Shown piece after piece: positions 38,263 to 47,936 of a stretch of DNA of 64,000 nt; within the stretch, counting starts at the first letter, position 1, and each line of letters starts with the position of its first letter. The DNA is from a virus. Its lineage: Duplodnaviria > Caudoviricetes. Under the pieces are notes generated by a model. That model was given only the letters and a program-made list of their open reading frames with translations, ran no database searches and was not told where the DNA came from. A program made the translations under genes and the position numbers. The DNA is taken from positions 64,001 to 128,000 of the IMG/VR virus record IMGVR_UViG_3300031420_000495; one strand, written 5' to 3'.

Positions 38263-38694
38263 TTAGAACTTTGGCTGTTCGCTCGAAACTTGTGCACCAC
38301 GTGGGTCGGAGAATTCCGAACCGATGATCTTGTCGCTGCCGTAGACGTCGATCGATGCCAGACCACCGCCGAGGATCGCGCCACGTGGACGTTTGATCTT
38401 GACGTAGTTCATGTGGAAGAAGTCAAGCGGGTTCAGACCGTTGTTCAGTTGACCTTGCGACAGGAGTTCCCACAGTGGGTATTTGTCCGAGTGAACGGAG
38501 ACGATGAACTTCTTCAGACGTGCTTTGTCGATTGGGTGGAGCTTGTCGACTTCGATACCGTAGATCGAACCGTCTGGAGCTTCCATGACGACTGCGATTT
38601 CTTTCAGAAGACCGTCGTCGTTCCAGTCGATCAGATAGACGTGGCGCAGGTCGGTTGGGCGCTTCTCAATTTTTGCTGGGGCTTGTTGTGCCAT
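38263..38694 (-). CDS. Conserved jumbo-phage hypothetical late protein
   Basis: Perfect TATAAATA at 38748-38755; AGGAG RBS. Confidence 0.7.
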   Translation of the reverse strand: MAQQAPAKIEKRPTDLRHVYLIDWNDDGLLKEIAVVMEAPDGSIYGIEVDKLHPIDKARLKKFIVSVHSDKYPLWELLSQGQLNNGLNPLDFFHMNYVKIKRPRGAILGGGLASIDVYGSDKIIGSEFSDPRGAQVSSEQPKF

Positions 38695-38786
38695 TTGTGT
38701 ATCTCCTAGGTGTTATCAGGTGAGAGCGCATCGCTCTCATTCACGATTATTTATAGGAGAAAAAAGGCGTATTTTTGTGATCCAAT

Positions 38787-38811
38787 AAAAAATCCCGCGC
38801 ATGGCGGGATT
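38787..38811 (-). terminator. Intrinsic terminator
   Basis: ATCCCGC...GCGGGAT stem followed by T6 on the minus strand. Confidence 0.8.
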
Positions 38812-38831
38812 CTTATTTGTCAGCTAATGCT
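38812..38831 (-). repeat. Dispersed 20-bp element copy 2
   Basis: Exact match to copies 1 and 3. Confidence 0.9.
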
Positions 38832-38834
38832 CTA

Positions 38835-39200
38835 TTATTCGTGTCGGTATGATTCGTCAGTGCGATCGTACTCGGCGAGCTTCAGTGCTTTCTCTTCGGG
38901 CAGATGTTTGTAGATATGCGTTTGAATGTCGAGCACGAACATGTTGAGTCGATCGCAGGCATCTTTCAGATTGCCTGCGTCGATGAAAGCTTCGATCTTG
39001 TCGACTTCGGATTTCCAGACGAATTCTTTGACGAACGGCGCAAGGTCTTCCGGCTCGTAGCTTTCCAGATCGGAATCGAACTGCACGAGGTCTTCAGCAA
39101 CAGCGATGTCGGTCAGACCCATGAAGGTGTGACCGTTGTCGATTGCGTTCTGCATGGCTTCGAATACCAGCGCTTTGATTTGTTCGTCGAGCAGCAGCAT
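38835..39200 (-). CDS. Hypothetical early protein (acidic)
   Basis: GGAGG RBS and promoter at 39225-39253. Confidence 0.7.
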   Translation of the reverse strand: MLLLDEQIKALVFEAMQNAIDNGHTFMGLTDIAVAEDLVQFDSDLESYEPEDLAPFVKEFVWKSEVDKIEAFIDAGNLKDACDRLNMFVLDIQTHIYKHLPEEKALKLAEYDRTDESYRHE

Positions 39201-39224
39201 AATTCCTCCAATGTCAATGGAAGA

Positions 39225-39253
39225 ATTATACCACTAGCTCGAAAGAAAGTACA
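39225..39253 (-). promoter_or_regulatory. Early-type promoter TGTACT-N17-TATAAT
   Basis: Perfect -10 and 17-nt spacer. Confidence 0.75.
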
Positions 39254-39256
39254 GCG

Positions 39257-40294
39257 TTAGAACACCAGTGTTGTCTTGCGTTTTGGTTTGACAGTCAGCG
39301 ACGGCTCGTCACGTGATTCGCCTTTGCTGCTGGCCGAACGTCCGGTGCTCGAGAACAACGGCACGAAGCTGGTTGCGTCTTCGCTGATTTTCTTCAGGCC
39401 GTACTTGCCGCAGAACTTCTGGAAGGCGAAGAAGTTGAACTGGCCGTGGTTGATGGTTTCATGGTTCAGCGTCTTGGCGATTTCATCGCGTACCCATTGC
39501 GGCTGACGTTCCAGGTTCATGAGGATTTGATTCTCTTCGAACAGATCACCAACGCGGAAGATGCGTTCTTCGCCGGTCGAAGGCTCATTGAATGTCCAGA
39601 CGTGGTTCATGCAGTTGGTACGTTCGAACTCGTCGACGTATGCTTTCTGCAAACGCGTGCTGCGAACTTTCGGATATGCTGGCATCACGTTGTCGCCTGC
39701 GTCGCCACGGAACGCTTTCTCGAACATGAAATACTCTGGGTCAATCTTGTTGCCCTTCTTGTCAGTGTCGCGTACGGCACCGAGCTTGTCTGGGTTCAAC
39801 AGCTTGAAGTTGGGATGCTTGAGGAGTTGGACGAAGTCTTTGTCGCCGGAAAGTCCGTAGGTCTCGTCACCTGCTTCGATGAATTCCGGAGCTGCATACT
39901 TCTGAACGTAGCCTGCAAACAGATCATCGCCTTCGACGTGTTCGTTGGACAGACAGACGATCGAGGTGTGTTCACGGCACAGGTTCTCAAATGACTTGAT
40001 GAGTTCGAAGAACGGAATCATCGAATCATCTTTAACGCGGTTCGCTTTGTAGATACGTTTCGAAACGCACTCGTCAGACTTCGTGTAGGCCTTGCGCCAG
40101 TTGTTTGCGCCTTCGAATGTCAGTGCGATTTCGTCTGGTCGCACCTTGTTGTAATGGGACTTCAGGGTGTTGAGGGCCATGTGTAAAGCCAGGCCAGCCT
40201 GATCTTCAGCGTCACCGCCCGCGTTATATTTTCCATGTGCAGCTGCAACACGGAACAAAATATTCGCCGTATCAACAATCATACGTTTGGTCAT
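39257..40294 (-). CDS. rnh: 5'-3' exonuclease / T4 RNase H-like (FEN/PIN fold)
   Basis: IVDTANI, FEG..NWRK...YKANR, EGDD, SGDKDFVQL, GDAGDNV. Confidence 0.85.
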   Translation of the reverse strand: MTKRMIVDTANILFRVAAAHGKYNAGGDAEDQAGLALHMALNTLKSHYNKVRPDEIALTFEGANNWRKAYTKSDECVSKRIYKANRVKDDSMIPFFELIKSFENLCREHTSIVCLSNEHVEGDDLFAGYVQKYAAPEFIEAGDETYGLSGDKDFVQLLKHPNFKLLNPDKLGAVRDTDKKGNKIDPEYFMFEKAFRGDAGDNVMPAYPKVRSTRLQKAYVDEFERTNCMNHVWTFNEPSTGEERIFRVGDLFEENQILMNLERQPQWVRDEIAKTLNHETINHGQFNFFAFQKFCGKYGLKKISEDATSFVPLFSSTGRSASSKGESRDEPSLTVKPKRKTTLVF

Positions 40295-40298
40295 GATA

Positions 40299-40547
40299 CT
40301 ATTCCTTTGTGTTTACTTCTTGATATGCGAGTCGCTTATCACGCGTATTGATGTCTGTACAGAATTGTTGACCGTGCATACACTTGACAGGCATGCCACG
40401 GTTGTCGGAACTGCAGCAGTCGGCACAAATCCAGCCGCACTCCATTCGCGCGGCTTTCTTTGTCCAGTCACGCATTGCCTGGTCCATGCCTGAAATGACT
40501 TCGTCAAGTTCGGCTTGGGTGTTGCAGGCAGTTACTTTGACGAACAC
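40299..40547 (-). CDS. Cys-rich hypothetical protein
   Basis: CGWICADCC...C.HG..FC; start uncertain. Confidence 0.55.
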   Translation of the reverse strand: MFVKVTACNTQAELDEVISGMDQAMRDWTKKAARMECGWICADCCSSDNRGMPVKCMHGQQFCTDINTRDKRLAYQEVNTKE

Positions 40548-40741
40548 GGTAGGCTCCTTGCCAGGTGGATCAGATCGTATAAAATGCTGATGTCAACCCA
40601 GTTGCCTTTACCAGCGACGCATGCTTCTTCGAAACGAGTTTCGTCGATGGTTTCATTCTTTTGAAGAATGAGTTCCCTGGCAAGTTCTCGTTCGAACTCA
40701 TTCGCGATTACATCTGCAAGTTCAGGTCGCAGTTCGTCCAT
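40532..40741 (-). CDS. Hypothetical protein
   Basis: In-operon ORF. Confidence 0.5.
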   Translation of the reverse strand: MDELRPELADVIANEFERELARELILQKNETIDETRFEEACVAGKGNWVDISILYDLIHLARSLPCSSK

Positions 40742-40742
40742 G

Positions 40743-41051
40743 TTAGGTCCTCAATGTATGCGTGTCGCTCTGCAGATTTGGATGACCAGAAGAAATTGCC
40801 GGATCGTCTTCAGCACCGTCGAACTCGGTCGGACGTGCTTGTGCAGTGTAGAAGAACAACTGTACGCTGTCTTCTTCTGTCTCGGCCTTGAAACCGAGTG
40901 CGTGGATTTTCTCGATGAATGCCTTGTTCCAGTTCGTCTGAACCTTGATGCGGCCGTCATCTTCGAACCCTGTTACCTCGAACGAAGCCCAAGGTTCTTT
41001 GGAGGCATCGCGCCTCCAATCCAGCAGTTTCTCAAGAGCACTCTTTACCAT
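40743..41051 (-). CDS. Conserved T4-like hypothetical protein
   Basis: EPW...G.I....NWN..FI..I...GF pattern recalled from T4-like phages. Confidence 0.55.
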   Translation of the reverse strand: MVKSALEKLLDWRRDASKEPWASFEVTGFEDDGRIKVQTNWNKAFIEKIHALGFKAETEEDSVQLFFYTAQARPTEFDGAEDDPAISSGHPNLQSDTHTLRT

Positions 41052-41410
41052 TGTGGCTTACTCGTGATTGACTTGACACCGTTCGTCAGTCGCAGAACTT
41101 CTGGCTCGATGACGGTGCGAATCCGGCTGTTAATCATTTCCTGGAAACCGAGTTCCAGGACGGAAGTAGTGATGTCGGTGACACTGTGCGAAGACAGGTT
41201 GGCGAACGACACGACGGCCGTCTGATGTTTCCCGCCGAAAGCGAGAGTGACGCGGCCATTCTGGGTTACTGGGTCGAGTTCAACCCCGACTTTTGGAACC
41301 CAACGTTCTTCTGCCTGGATTGCTGCAAGCTGCTTTTGCAAAGCCTGCACTTGCACTTCGAGATGGGTGACGTACTCGGCGCGGTTCTTTTCGAAATCTG
41401 TAGCTGACAT
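41045..41410 (-). CDS. Hypothetical protein with N-terminal coiled coil
   Basis: TAATG coupling with the clamp gene. Confidence 0.6.
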   Translation of the reverse strand: MSATDFEKNRAEYVTHLEVQVQALQKQLAAIQAEERWVPKVGVELDPVTQNGRVTLAFGGKHQTAVVSFANLSSHSVTDITTSVLELGFQEMINSRIRTVIEPEVLRLTNGVKSITSKPQW

Positions 41411-42126
41411 TATTCTTCTCCGTTGATTTGCGGAAGCACAAGCAGCGTATGGCCGTTTGCTTTCGCAGTTAGTGACCCTGCTTCTCCAAGCACGATCGTG
41501 ATTTCCTCTGAGTTTTTACAGGCCGCATCGAGGACGTCAACGAGGATACTAGCAACATACGTTTGAACAATGGAATCTTCGTCTTCAACAAACTCAACTT
41601 CCTTCGCGAGTTCGATGTCGAAACGATCATTGGCTGCATCCGAGCATTCCAGTTTGACAACACCGGCTCGCGAGATTTGGATGACGATGTCTTCGGCACC
41701 CAGAGTCTTCACTGCCTTGTTGGCTTGCTGTACTTCAGTTTTGGAGAACGTGATGACCGCAACTGGTTGATCTTCATTCACCTTCGGATACGTCATCAAG
41801 TTGGCCGACGTGCAGCGGAACTGCACTTTGGTTTTGCCCGATGAAATTGTGAGCATGCTCACATCTCCAGCATCATTCGCCTTGCCTTCGATTTCGACAG
41901 GACCTGAGAAGATATTTAGTCTCTTTTCAAGCTCACTTACTCGGCCAATGCCGATACGGAGGTCTGGAGAGATGGACAACTTTGCCTCGGTCAAGATGGC
42001 AGAGTTCAGTGATGGTGGCGCACCGCGTGCGAGCCCTTCGTGGATAACGACGCCATCCACTCCGACCAGCTTGCATGCGGAGAGGATTGACTTCAGTTCG
42101 ACGATGTCAGTTTGGATAGTTTTCAT
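41410..42126 (-). CDS. DNA polymerase sliding clamp (gp45-like)
   Basis: 238-aa acidic protein with alternating beta/alpha pattern, directly downstream of the polymerase. Confidence 0.6.
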   Translation of the reverse strand: MKTIQTDIVELKSILSACKLVGVDGVVIHEGLARGAPPSLNSAILTEAKLSISPDLRIGIGRVSELEKRLNIFSGPVEIEGKANDAGDVSMLTISSGKTKVQFRCTSANLMTYPKVNEDQPVAVITFSKTEVQQANKAVKTLGAEDIVIQISRAGVVKLECSDAANDRFDIELAKEVEFVEDEDSIVQTYVASILVDVLDAACKNSEEITIVLGEAGSLTAKANGHTLLVLPQINGEE

Positions 42127-42143
42127 TTGGCTATTATATCTTG

Positions 42144-42169
42144 AACGGGAGCAACATGCTCCCGTTTTT
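42144..42169. terminator. Hairpin between polymerase and clamp genes
   Basis: AACGGGAGC-AACAT-GCTCCCGTT; T run lies on the + side. Confidence 0.55.
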
Positions 42170-42174
42170 CGCGA

Positions 42175-45036
42175 TCAGAATTTGAGGAACGACTTGACGT
42201 GCGTCTTCTGTGGTGTTGGGATTTCCCAGTTCAGAGCTTCAAACGTTCGCTCAAGTTTCGAGTCGATCATCTTTTGCTCCGTCAACTTTCGGTCGATCTT
42301 GAAGTGCTCGTCGAACCAAGCTGGGAAGTGCATCAAGTCCGAAGGCATTGCAATCGTCTTGTAGCCGAAGTCGTTTGGCATCAACGAGAAGATGATACCC
42401 TTGTCACCGGACTTCAGCAGCTTGTCTCCTGCATTCATCCGCACAACCATCTCGTTGTAGTTGACTGCTGCACGCACGTGACCTGGCAACTTCACTTTGC
42501 CCTTGCCAACTTTCTCGGTCTTCAGGAACTCGGCATAATACGCATCGAGCTTGTTGATCTGCTTTGCAACACCGACGTTGAACAGATTCTTCACACCGCG
42601 AATAATCTCGCTTCGTGAAGTGTTGATGAACTTTTCTGCTTCAGCATAGTTGCCGCCATCGAGAATCATGTTGAGCAGTTTCTTCAGAAACTCCTGCACG
42701 ACTTTCGGTGTATCGGCCTTCTTCGTTTCCGAACCCATCGACTTTTGCTTCGGCTTCGAACGCAAGTCCTTGCCGTCGAGGTTGACAACCTTCAACGTGT
42801 ATTTCTTCTTCGCACCGAGGAAGATACCACGTTCAGCCACGACTTCACGTGCGGCCTTCATCAGCAGTTCACGACCATCATTCGAGTTGAACGCATCGTT
42901 CATGAACTTCGGGAAACTCTTGTTCACAAGGTCAGCAACTTCGTCTGCGATGACGACTGCATCATCGTAGTTGTTGGCACCAGTCTGGAAATAGCACGAG
43001 TCAGTGTCACCGTAAATGATTGACTTGTTCCAGGTGTACCACACAGCCTTGTTGGATTCCTCGTCGTCATCGTCTTCCAAATCGTCGTCATCGTCCAGAT
43101 CGAACTCAAACGCTTTCGTTGGCAATGCTTCGAAGAACTCTTTGTTCTCGTCACGGTACGCAATCGAAATCTTGCGGCCGTCAATCTTCCTGCCGGTCTT
43201 CGGATTGTACGCATAACGCTTGAGCAGTTCGCATTGCTCGCCAGACAGAATCGTGCCGATGGTTTCAGCCATGTGCTTCGTGATCTGACGACCCGAACCA
43301 GTAACCGATGCACCAATCTCACGACGACCGAAACGGAATGCCTCGTTCAGCAGTGCGCCATAAGTTGAGTTCAGCTGAATCTTCTTGGTCAGCTGCAACA
43401 GGTCGTAATGCTCTTCGAGCCTTTCGTACTCGGCTTTCTTGACTGGATCGGTTTCCTCGTCAGCCAGCTTGCCGTAACGTTTCTTCTCAGCCTGCAGACG
43501 TTTACGCTCGGTGAACCAGAACGTAAGAACAGCTGCAACCATACCCGGCTTCGATTGATCGAAGATCGTACCGAACGCGGAGATAGCCCAGTTCTGCTCG
43601 CGCATGAACTCGTGCCATTCAGCACCGGTCATCTCGTAGTCTTCACCGTCGATGTTGGCTATCCAACGTGTATCGAGTTTCTTCCAGATTGCGTACCAAG
43701 CATCTTCACCGTATTGCGGATCGTCCACAGTGCCGAACTGGCCAATGAATGTTTCGATCGACATGTTGAGTGCGCGGATGACGGACGGATACAGCGACGT
43801 CAAGTCGACCGATCCCAACCATTCCCACAGTCCCATACGCGGGACCATAACGATTGCGCCTTCAACCTTTTTGTTCTTGACGGTTGAGAATGCTTTATCA
43901 CCTGCGATGAGCTTGTTTGTTCCGAAGAACTTTGCCAGTTCATCAGGCAGGTTGTGCGCGAAGTTCATGATGCCAGTTTCGACATAACGAACAGTACCCA
44001 GCATCGCAGTGAACGGAACAGTGTTCTCGTGCGACATCTGATTGACCAGCTGAATGAACTTGTATTTCTCTTCCAGCTTCGTAATGACTTCAACGTCTCG
44101 TGCGTTGTACGTCACGAAGTGAACGAAGTCACGATTGTACAGCTGCTCGAGAGTACCAGGATAGTCCAGCTTCGGGACGTCCAGTTCCTCTGCAGCAATG
44201 TTACCCAACGAATACGAAGTCCTACCTTCGAACGTGAACTTCTTGAAGAGGTCCATGTAATCGAGATGGGTACGACCGTTCAGTGAGTACACGATTGCAG
44301 GCGAACCAAAGCGTTCCACGGTATTCTCACGTGGTGGGCGGCAACCGATGAAACACATCTTGTGCGCCAACTTCGGAAGCACTCGCTCGAGTCGCTTCAT
44401 GATGTACGGCAAGTCAAAGAACTCGGAGTTCCAACCGGAGATGATGTCAGCCGATTGAATGTCGTCCAGCATTGCGGTCAGTAATTCGATTTCGTTGTTG
44501 CAAAGAATCACGTTCGGTTTAAACCCGAGCTTGTGCTCTTCCCACATTGCTTTGATCTTGTCTTGGAACGTACCGTCATCCATCCAGCCTTTCGGCGGAA
44601 CTGCGTACGTCCAGTATTCACCAGTCCACGATTGGTAAACTGTTACCGCGTTGATTGGTGCATACGGATTTTCCGGCGACGAGAAGCCGATTGACGATTT
44701 GTAGTCAACCTCAATGTCGACAAATGCGAAGTGGATTTTTGGTGTTGCGCGACCGTAATACTCATTCATGAGTACCTTCGCCTCTGGGCGAATGTCACTC
44801 TCGAACTTCATGCCGTACTGACGTTGTGCTGCCTTCAACTCGTCGTCGTCACCGAACTCGAGCTTCTTCAGTTTGTGACCGAAGATTGACTTGTACTCAC
44901 CTTCTTCGTCTTGGACGTAGAAATAGTGGGGCGCATGGTGAGCAACAACCTTTCGGCCGTTGTCATCACGCTCCCACACCATGACTGTATCTGTTTCCCA
45001 GTCATGGTATGAGCCAACGTAGTTTGCTTGAGTCAT
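42175..45036 (-). CDS. polB: Family B DNA polymerase (T4 gp43-like)
   Basis: Exo motifs DIEVD, GWNSEFFDLPY, YNARD; polymerase motifs DLTSLYPS, KIQLNSTYG, YGDTDS. Confidence 0.95.
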   Translation of the reverse strand: MTQANYVGSYHDWETDTVMVWERDDNGRKVVAHHAPHYFYVQDEEGEYKSIFGHKLKKLEFGDDDELKAAQRQYGMKFESDIRPEAKVLMNEYYGRATPKIHFAFVDIEVDYKSSIGFSSPENPYAPINAVTVYQSWTGEYWTYAVPPKGWMDDGTFQDKIKAMWEEHKLGFKPNVILCNNEIELLTAMLDDIQSADIISGWNSEFFDLPYIMKRLERVLPKLAHKMCFIGCRPPRENTVERFGSPAIVYSLNGRTHLDYMDLFKKFTFEGRTSYSLGNIAAEELDVPKLDYPGTLEQLYNRDFVHFVTYNARDVEVITKLEEKYKFIQLVNQMSHENTVPFTAMLGTVRYVETGIMNFAHNLPDELAKFFGTNKLIAGDKAFSTVKNKKVEGAIVMVPRMGLWEWLGSVDLTSLYPSVIRALNMSIETFIGQFGTVDDPQYGEDAWYAIWKKLDTRWIANIDGEDYEMTGAEWHEFMREQNWAISAFGTIFDQSKPGMVAAVLTFWFTERKRLQAEKKRYGKLADEETDPVKKAEYERLEEHYDLLQLTKKIQLNSTYGALLNEAFRFGRREIGASVTGSGRQITKHMAETIGTILSGEQCELLKRYAYNPKTGRKIDGRKISIAYRDENKEFFEALPTKAFEFDLDDDDDLEDDDDEESNKAVWYTWNKSIIYGDTDSCYFQTGANNYDDAVVIADEVADLVNKSFPKFMNDAFNSNDGRELLMKAAREVVAERGIFLGAKKKYTLKVVNLDGKDLRSKPKQKSMGSETKKADTPKVVQEFLKKLLNMILDGGNYAEAEKFINTSRSEIIRGVKNLFNVGVAKQINKLDAYYAEFLKTEKVGKGKVKLPGHVRAAVNYNEMVVRMNAGDKLLKSGDKGIIFSLMPNDFGYKTIAMPSDLMHFPAWFDEHFKIDRKLTEQKMIDSKLERTFEALNWEIPTPQKTHVKSFLKF

Positions 45037-45386
45037 TATTGATTCGAGTTGTCGTCGTTCGGCAGCAGGTTGTGGTCAAGCATAACCTGGTCGACCAGAT
45101 CAAGCAGTTCCTCGAGTTTGTCTTTACGTTGTACGTAGTCGTTATTATACACCATGGCGACGTACGTGTTGAACACGGCTGGCTTCAGACCGAGTTCGTC
45201 GAGTGCATTCTGACGAATGCCTTTGATGCTTTCTTGTTCGACGCCGATCTGTACTTTGCACTTTACGGCTTGATCGACGTACGACGTCAGCAAAGCTTTC
45301 AAGCGCGGTTGCGCCATGATTTCGCTGATGTCGCGGAACTTTTTGTCTTTAGCGATGTTTGCAGGAACGTTGCTGTTGTTTGCCAT
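45036..45386 (-). CDS. dsbA: dsDNA-binding protein (T4 DsbA-like)
   Basis: ESIKGIRQNALDELGLKPAVFN...Y resembles T4 DsbA IKDIR.RAKDELGV....FN (recalled). Confidence 0.65.
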   Translation of the reverse strand: MANNSNVPANIAKDKKFRDISEIMAQPRLKALLTSYVDQAVKCKVQIGVEQESIKGIRQNALDELGLKPAVFNTYVAMVYNNDYVQRKDKLEELLDLVDQVMLDHNLLPNDDNSNQ

Positions 45387-45475
45387 GATTTACCTTTTGG
45401 TGTTGAGGTGTTGAACTAAGGAAAACATTGTACCATGACAACTTTAGATACAGCAACATTTTGGACGTCGAGGCT

Positions 45476-45868
45476 TTAATTCAGCCGAGCTGGCTCGCGG
45501 GTAAACATAAATACGCGCGCTTGTCCAACAGCCTGAATCTGATTGGCTTCTTCTTGTTCCGCTGTGAACATCCACACTCGGGCAAGTTCACCATCACCCC
45601 AGTCCTTCGACTTTGTGTCGACTCCAGAATATACTGGGTTCACCTCGGTGGTAATCACGTAGTGATGATCCTCCGGCAAATCCGAATTCACTTTCGCCGC
45701 CACGCTGTTCATGAAGTTGCGAACGCTGTTCGAGCAGTCGTAATAGTTTGGGAAATTGCGTGAGCTGATCGCCAGATCAGAAACGCCTGGGAATTCCTTC
45801 TGCACCTTGCACTTTGCGATTTCATTCAGCTTGATCGTCGCAGTGTAGGCGAAGCTGGAATTGTTCAT
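45476..45868 (-). CDS. Hypothetical protein, probable paralogue of 45886..46356
   Basis: Shared S..(Y/F)...v..l...I.T..NP.Y pattern; likely start ATG 45868. Confidence 0.55.
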   Translation of the reverse strand: MNNSSFAYTATIKLNEIAKCKVQKEFPGVSDLAISSRNFPNYYDCSNSVRNFMNSVAAKVNSDLPEDHHYVITTEVNPVYSGVDTKSKDWGDGELARVWMFTAEQEEANQIQAVGQARVFMFTREPARLN

Positions 45869-45885
45869 GTCGATATTGCCGAGGC

Positions 45886-46356
45886 TCAATTTAGCACCTT
45901 GTGTTCTTGGGCGTTGACGATTTCCGAATACGATGGCAGATCGAATTGGTGACATGCCACGCGGGCGCTGACGATCGGATTGTTGTTGGCGATGATTTCA
46001 ATGCTCTTCATCGTGAACGGATTGCCATCGAACCCGACGAACCTGAAGTTGTCGGACTCCTCGCCTTCCAGTACGCTGTCTAGTTCGTCCTGCGTCGACG
46101 GCACGTAGAGAGGATTGTGCTTGGTCTCGATCGCAAGTTTGCCACGCGGGTGTTGCTTGCGCAGTTTCTTCCGAACAACGTTCACAGCATCGTCCAGGCG
46201 ATTGTGCGCCTCGATGTCGGTTTCGTAATCATCTGAGATGAGAACAGCTTCACGGATGTCTGATGTGACCTCTGGTGAAAACGTGTTCGTGATGAAGTCA
46301 GCTGCTTCACCAGCAATGTGGATCACGAAAAATGATTTTGTCGGTGGAGTTATCAT
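45886..46356 (-). CDS. Hypothetical protein
   Basis: ATGA coupling with upstream gene. Confidence 0.6.
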   Translation of the reverse strand: MITPPTKSFFVIHIAGEAADFITNTFSPEVTSDIREAVLISDDYETDIEAHNRLDDAVNVVRKKLRKQHPRGKLAIETKHNPLYVPSTQDELDSVLEGEESDNFRFVGFDGNPFTMKSIEIIANNNPIVSARVACHQFDLPSYSEIVNAQEHKVLN

Positions 46357-47450
46357 GCGTCAGGTCCTGTAATTACCTTTCCGTCAATCACCAGTTGTTC
46401 TTCGATTCCAGCTGTAGCAACTGCAATCGGTTGCTCAACAGAAAACTTGGTGAAGCGTAATGGCGGGAAAACTTGAAGAAGTGATTCTTGTGTTGCTTGC
46501 AATGTTGGTACACCATCCACAGCATGGTATTTCAGATACTCAACTTCCTCATTCATGTCTTGCAGTGGAATAACAATCGTCGAGTAACGGTCCAGCTGTG
46601 TGTATGGTCGACGGGCGAGAAGCAGCATCGCTGTCGTATTCTTCGGGATCAGGATCGTGTTCAACGGAATGTCCGCAGTGTCAAGATCGAGAGTGAAGAG
46701 GTTGTACGTTACAAATGCCGTACTGTTAATCATACCAGATACGGAGCGAACATTCTCGTATGCGCCCATGCCTTTGCGAGATTCATCGAGAATATTTTTC
46801 TTGAACACGAGGTTGTACGACGACGCCACTTGATCTTTGGAAACAATGACGTCAACCTGGGTTACACCTGGTTGATCGATCAATTGCGTGAAGACAATGG
46901 TATTCGGCGGAGCAGCAGAGGTTGCTGTGCCGTTGGAGACGATGTAGTCTTTCACTGGCTCTTGCTTGACACCGTTGAGATAGACTTCGACCATATCCGG
47001 GTTCGGGCCAGATGCATTGAAACGCAGGGCTTTCTTTTCGAGCCCGCTTTCAACGCCAGCAATATTCGTGAATGCACCTTCACGACGGAAGACGTACGCG
47101 CGGTACGCTTTCGGCATGTCTGCTTTGCCTTCGAATTCGAGAGTGAGTGTCGACGCGGTTGACGTCGATGCGACGACAATCTGACTCTTTGAGCCAGTTG
47201 CCAGATTGATAAGATCGGGTGTTTCGATCTTCTTGAATGTGGTGACGTGGGAACCGCGTGGTTGCCAGTCGGTAATGCCTGCTTCCGGCGAGACAGCAAT
47301 GCCTGCGCTGGACCTGTATTCTACGGGGAACAACCGACCCTCGCACCCCTGTGTGATGGTGCAACGGTCGGGAGTGTAATGCGTGACGTTTACGAGTTTG
47401 TCAATATCACGATGGCACTTTGTGCACGTCAGTCGTTGGTACTTTTTCAT
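46353..47450 (-). CDS. Hypothetical protein with N-terminal Cys cluster, possibly structural
   Basis: CTKC...CTITQGC; beta-rich body with VEVYLNGVKQ motif. Confidence 0.6.
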   Translation of the reverse strand: MKKYQRLTCTKCHRDIDKLVNVTHYTPDRCTITQGCEGRLFPVEYRSSAGIAVSPEAGITDWQPRGSHVTTFKKIETPDLINLATGSKSQIVVASTSTASTLTLEFEGKADMPKAYRAYVFRREGAFTNIAGVESGLEKKALRFNASGPNPDMVEVYLNGVKQEPVKDYIVSNGTATSAAPPNTIVFTQLIDQPGVTQVDVIVSKDQVASSYNLVFKKNILDESRKGMGAYENVRSVSGMINSTAFVTYNLFTLDLDTADIPLNTILIPKNTTAMLLLARRPYTQLDRYSTIVIPLQDMNEEVEYLKYHAVDGVPTLQATQESLLQVFPPLRFTKFSVEQPIAVATAGIEEQLVIDGKVITGPDA

Positions 47451-47679
47451 TGGGCGATCGATAGCGGCGTAGGGTTACGTCCACATCGTTGCAGTTGAAT
47501 GCTTGCCCGTTCTCGAGGTTTTCGACTTTGGTGCAAACACCATTTGCATCTTTGTAGACAATTGGTAGGACACGATAGTCCATGTAGAAACTTGCTGCGG
47601 CAGATGTCACACCGGATATGATGGAAATTACCAGTGCTAGCATCAGCAGTTGAGGCGCGGTTACGTTCATGAACTTCAT
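47407..47679 (-). CDS. Membrane-anchored hypothetical protein
   Basis: N-terminal TM helix; two Cys in the soluble part; GGAG RBS. Confidence 0.55.
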   Translation of the reverse strand: MKFMNVTAPQLLMLALVISIISGVTSAAASFYMDYRVLPIVYKDANGVCTKVENLENGQAFNCNDVDVTLRRYRSPNEKVPTTDVHKVPS

Positions 47680-47690
47680 TTTTACTTCTC

Positions 47691-47936
47691 CTATTTATTG
47701 TCTAAACCCAGGTGCTGCAAATGGGTATCGTCGATGGTGCTTTCCGTATTCACGTAGAGCACCGGCACTCCTTGAGTGATAGCTTGTTGAATGACATGCA
47801 ACGAAATGTTGCTCTTGGGTCCATCGTCAAGACTGGATGGATACGCTGCGAAACAAATCAATTGACCGGCGGGAATTCCGCCTCGCAGTAATTCGTCAAT
47901 TGCTGGAAAGCCACTAGGGCCAGAAGTCGTCGTCAT
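47691..47936 (-). CDS. Stand-alone 81-aa fragment of RecA/RadA ATPase core with degenerate Walker A
   Basis: SGFPAIDELLRGGIPAG...VLYVNTESTID...LGLD aligns to RecA STG...LD..LG.GG.P.G...FIDAEHALD...LGVD. Confidence 0.65.
   Translation of the reverse strand: MTTTSGPSGFPAIDELLRGGIPAGQLICFAAYPSSLDDGPKSNISLHVIQQAITQGVPVLYVNTESTIDDTHLQHLGLDNK

Noticed and set aside
43040-43230. Intein or intron in DNA polymerase
   Set aside because: Short insert with no C/S start, no HN-C/S/T end and no homing-endonuclease motif; the frame is continuous.
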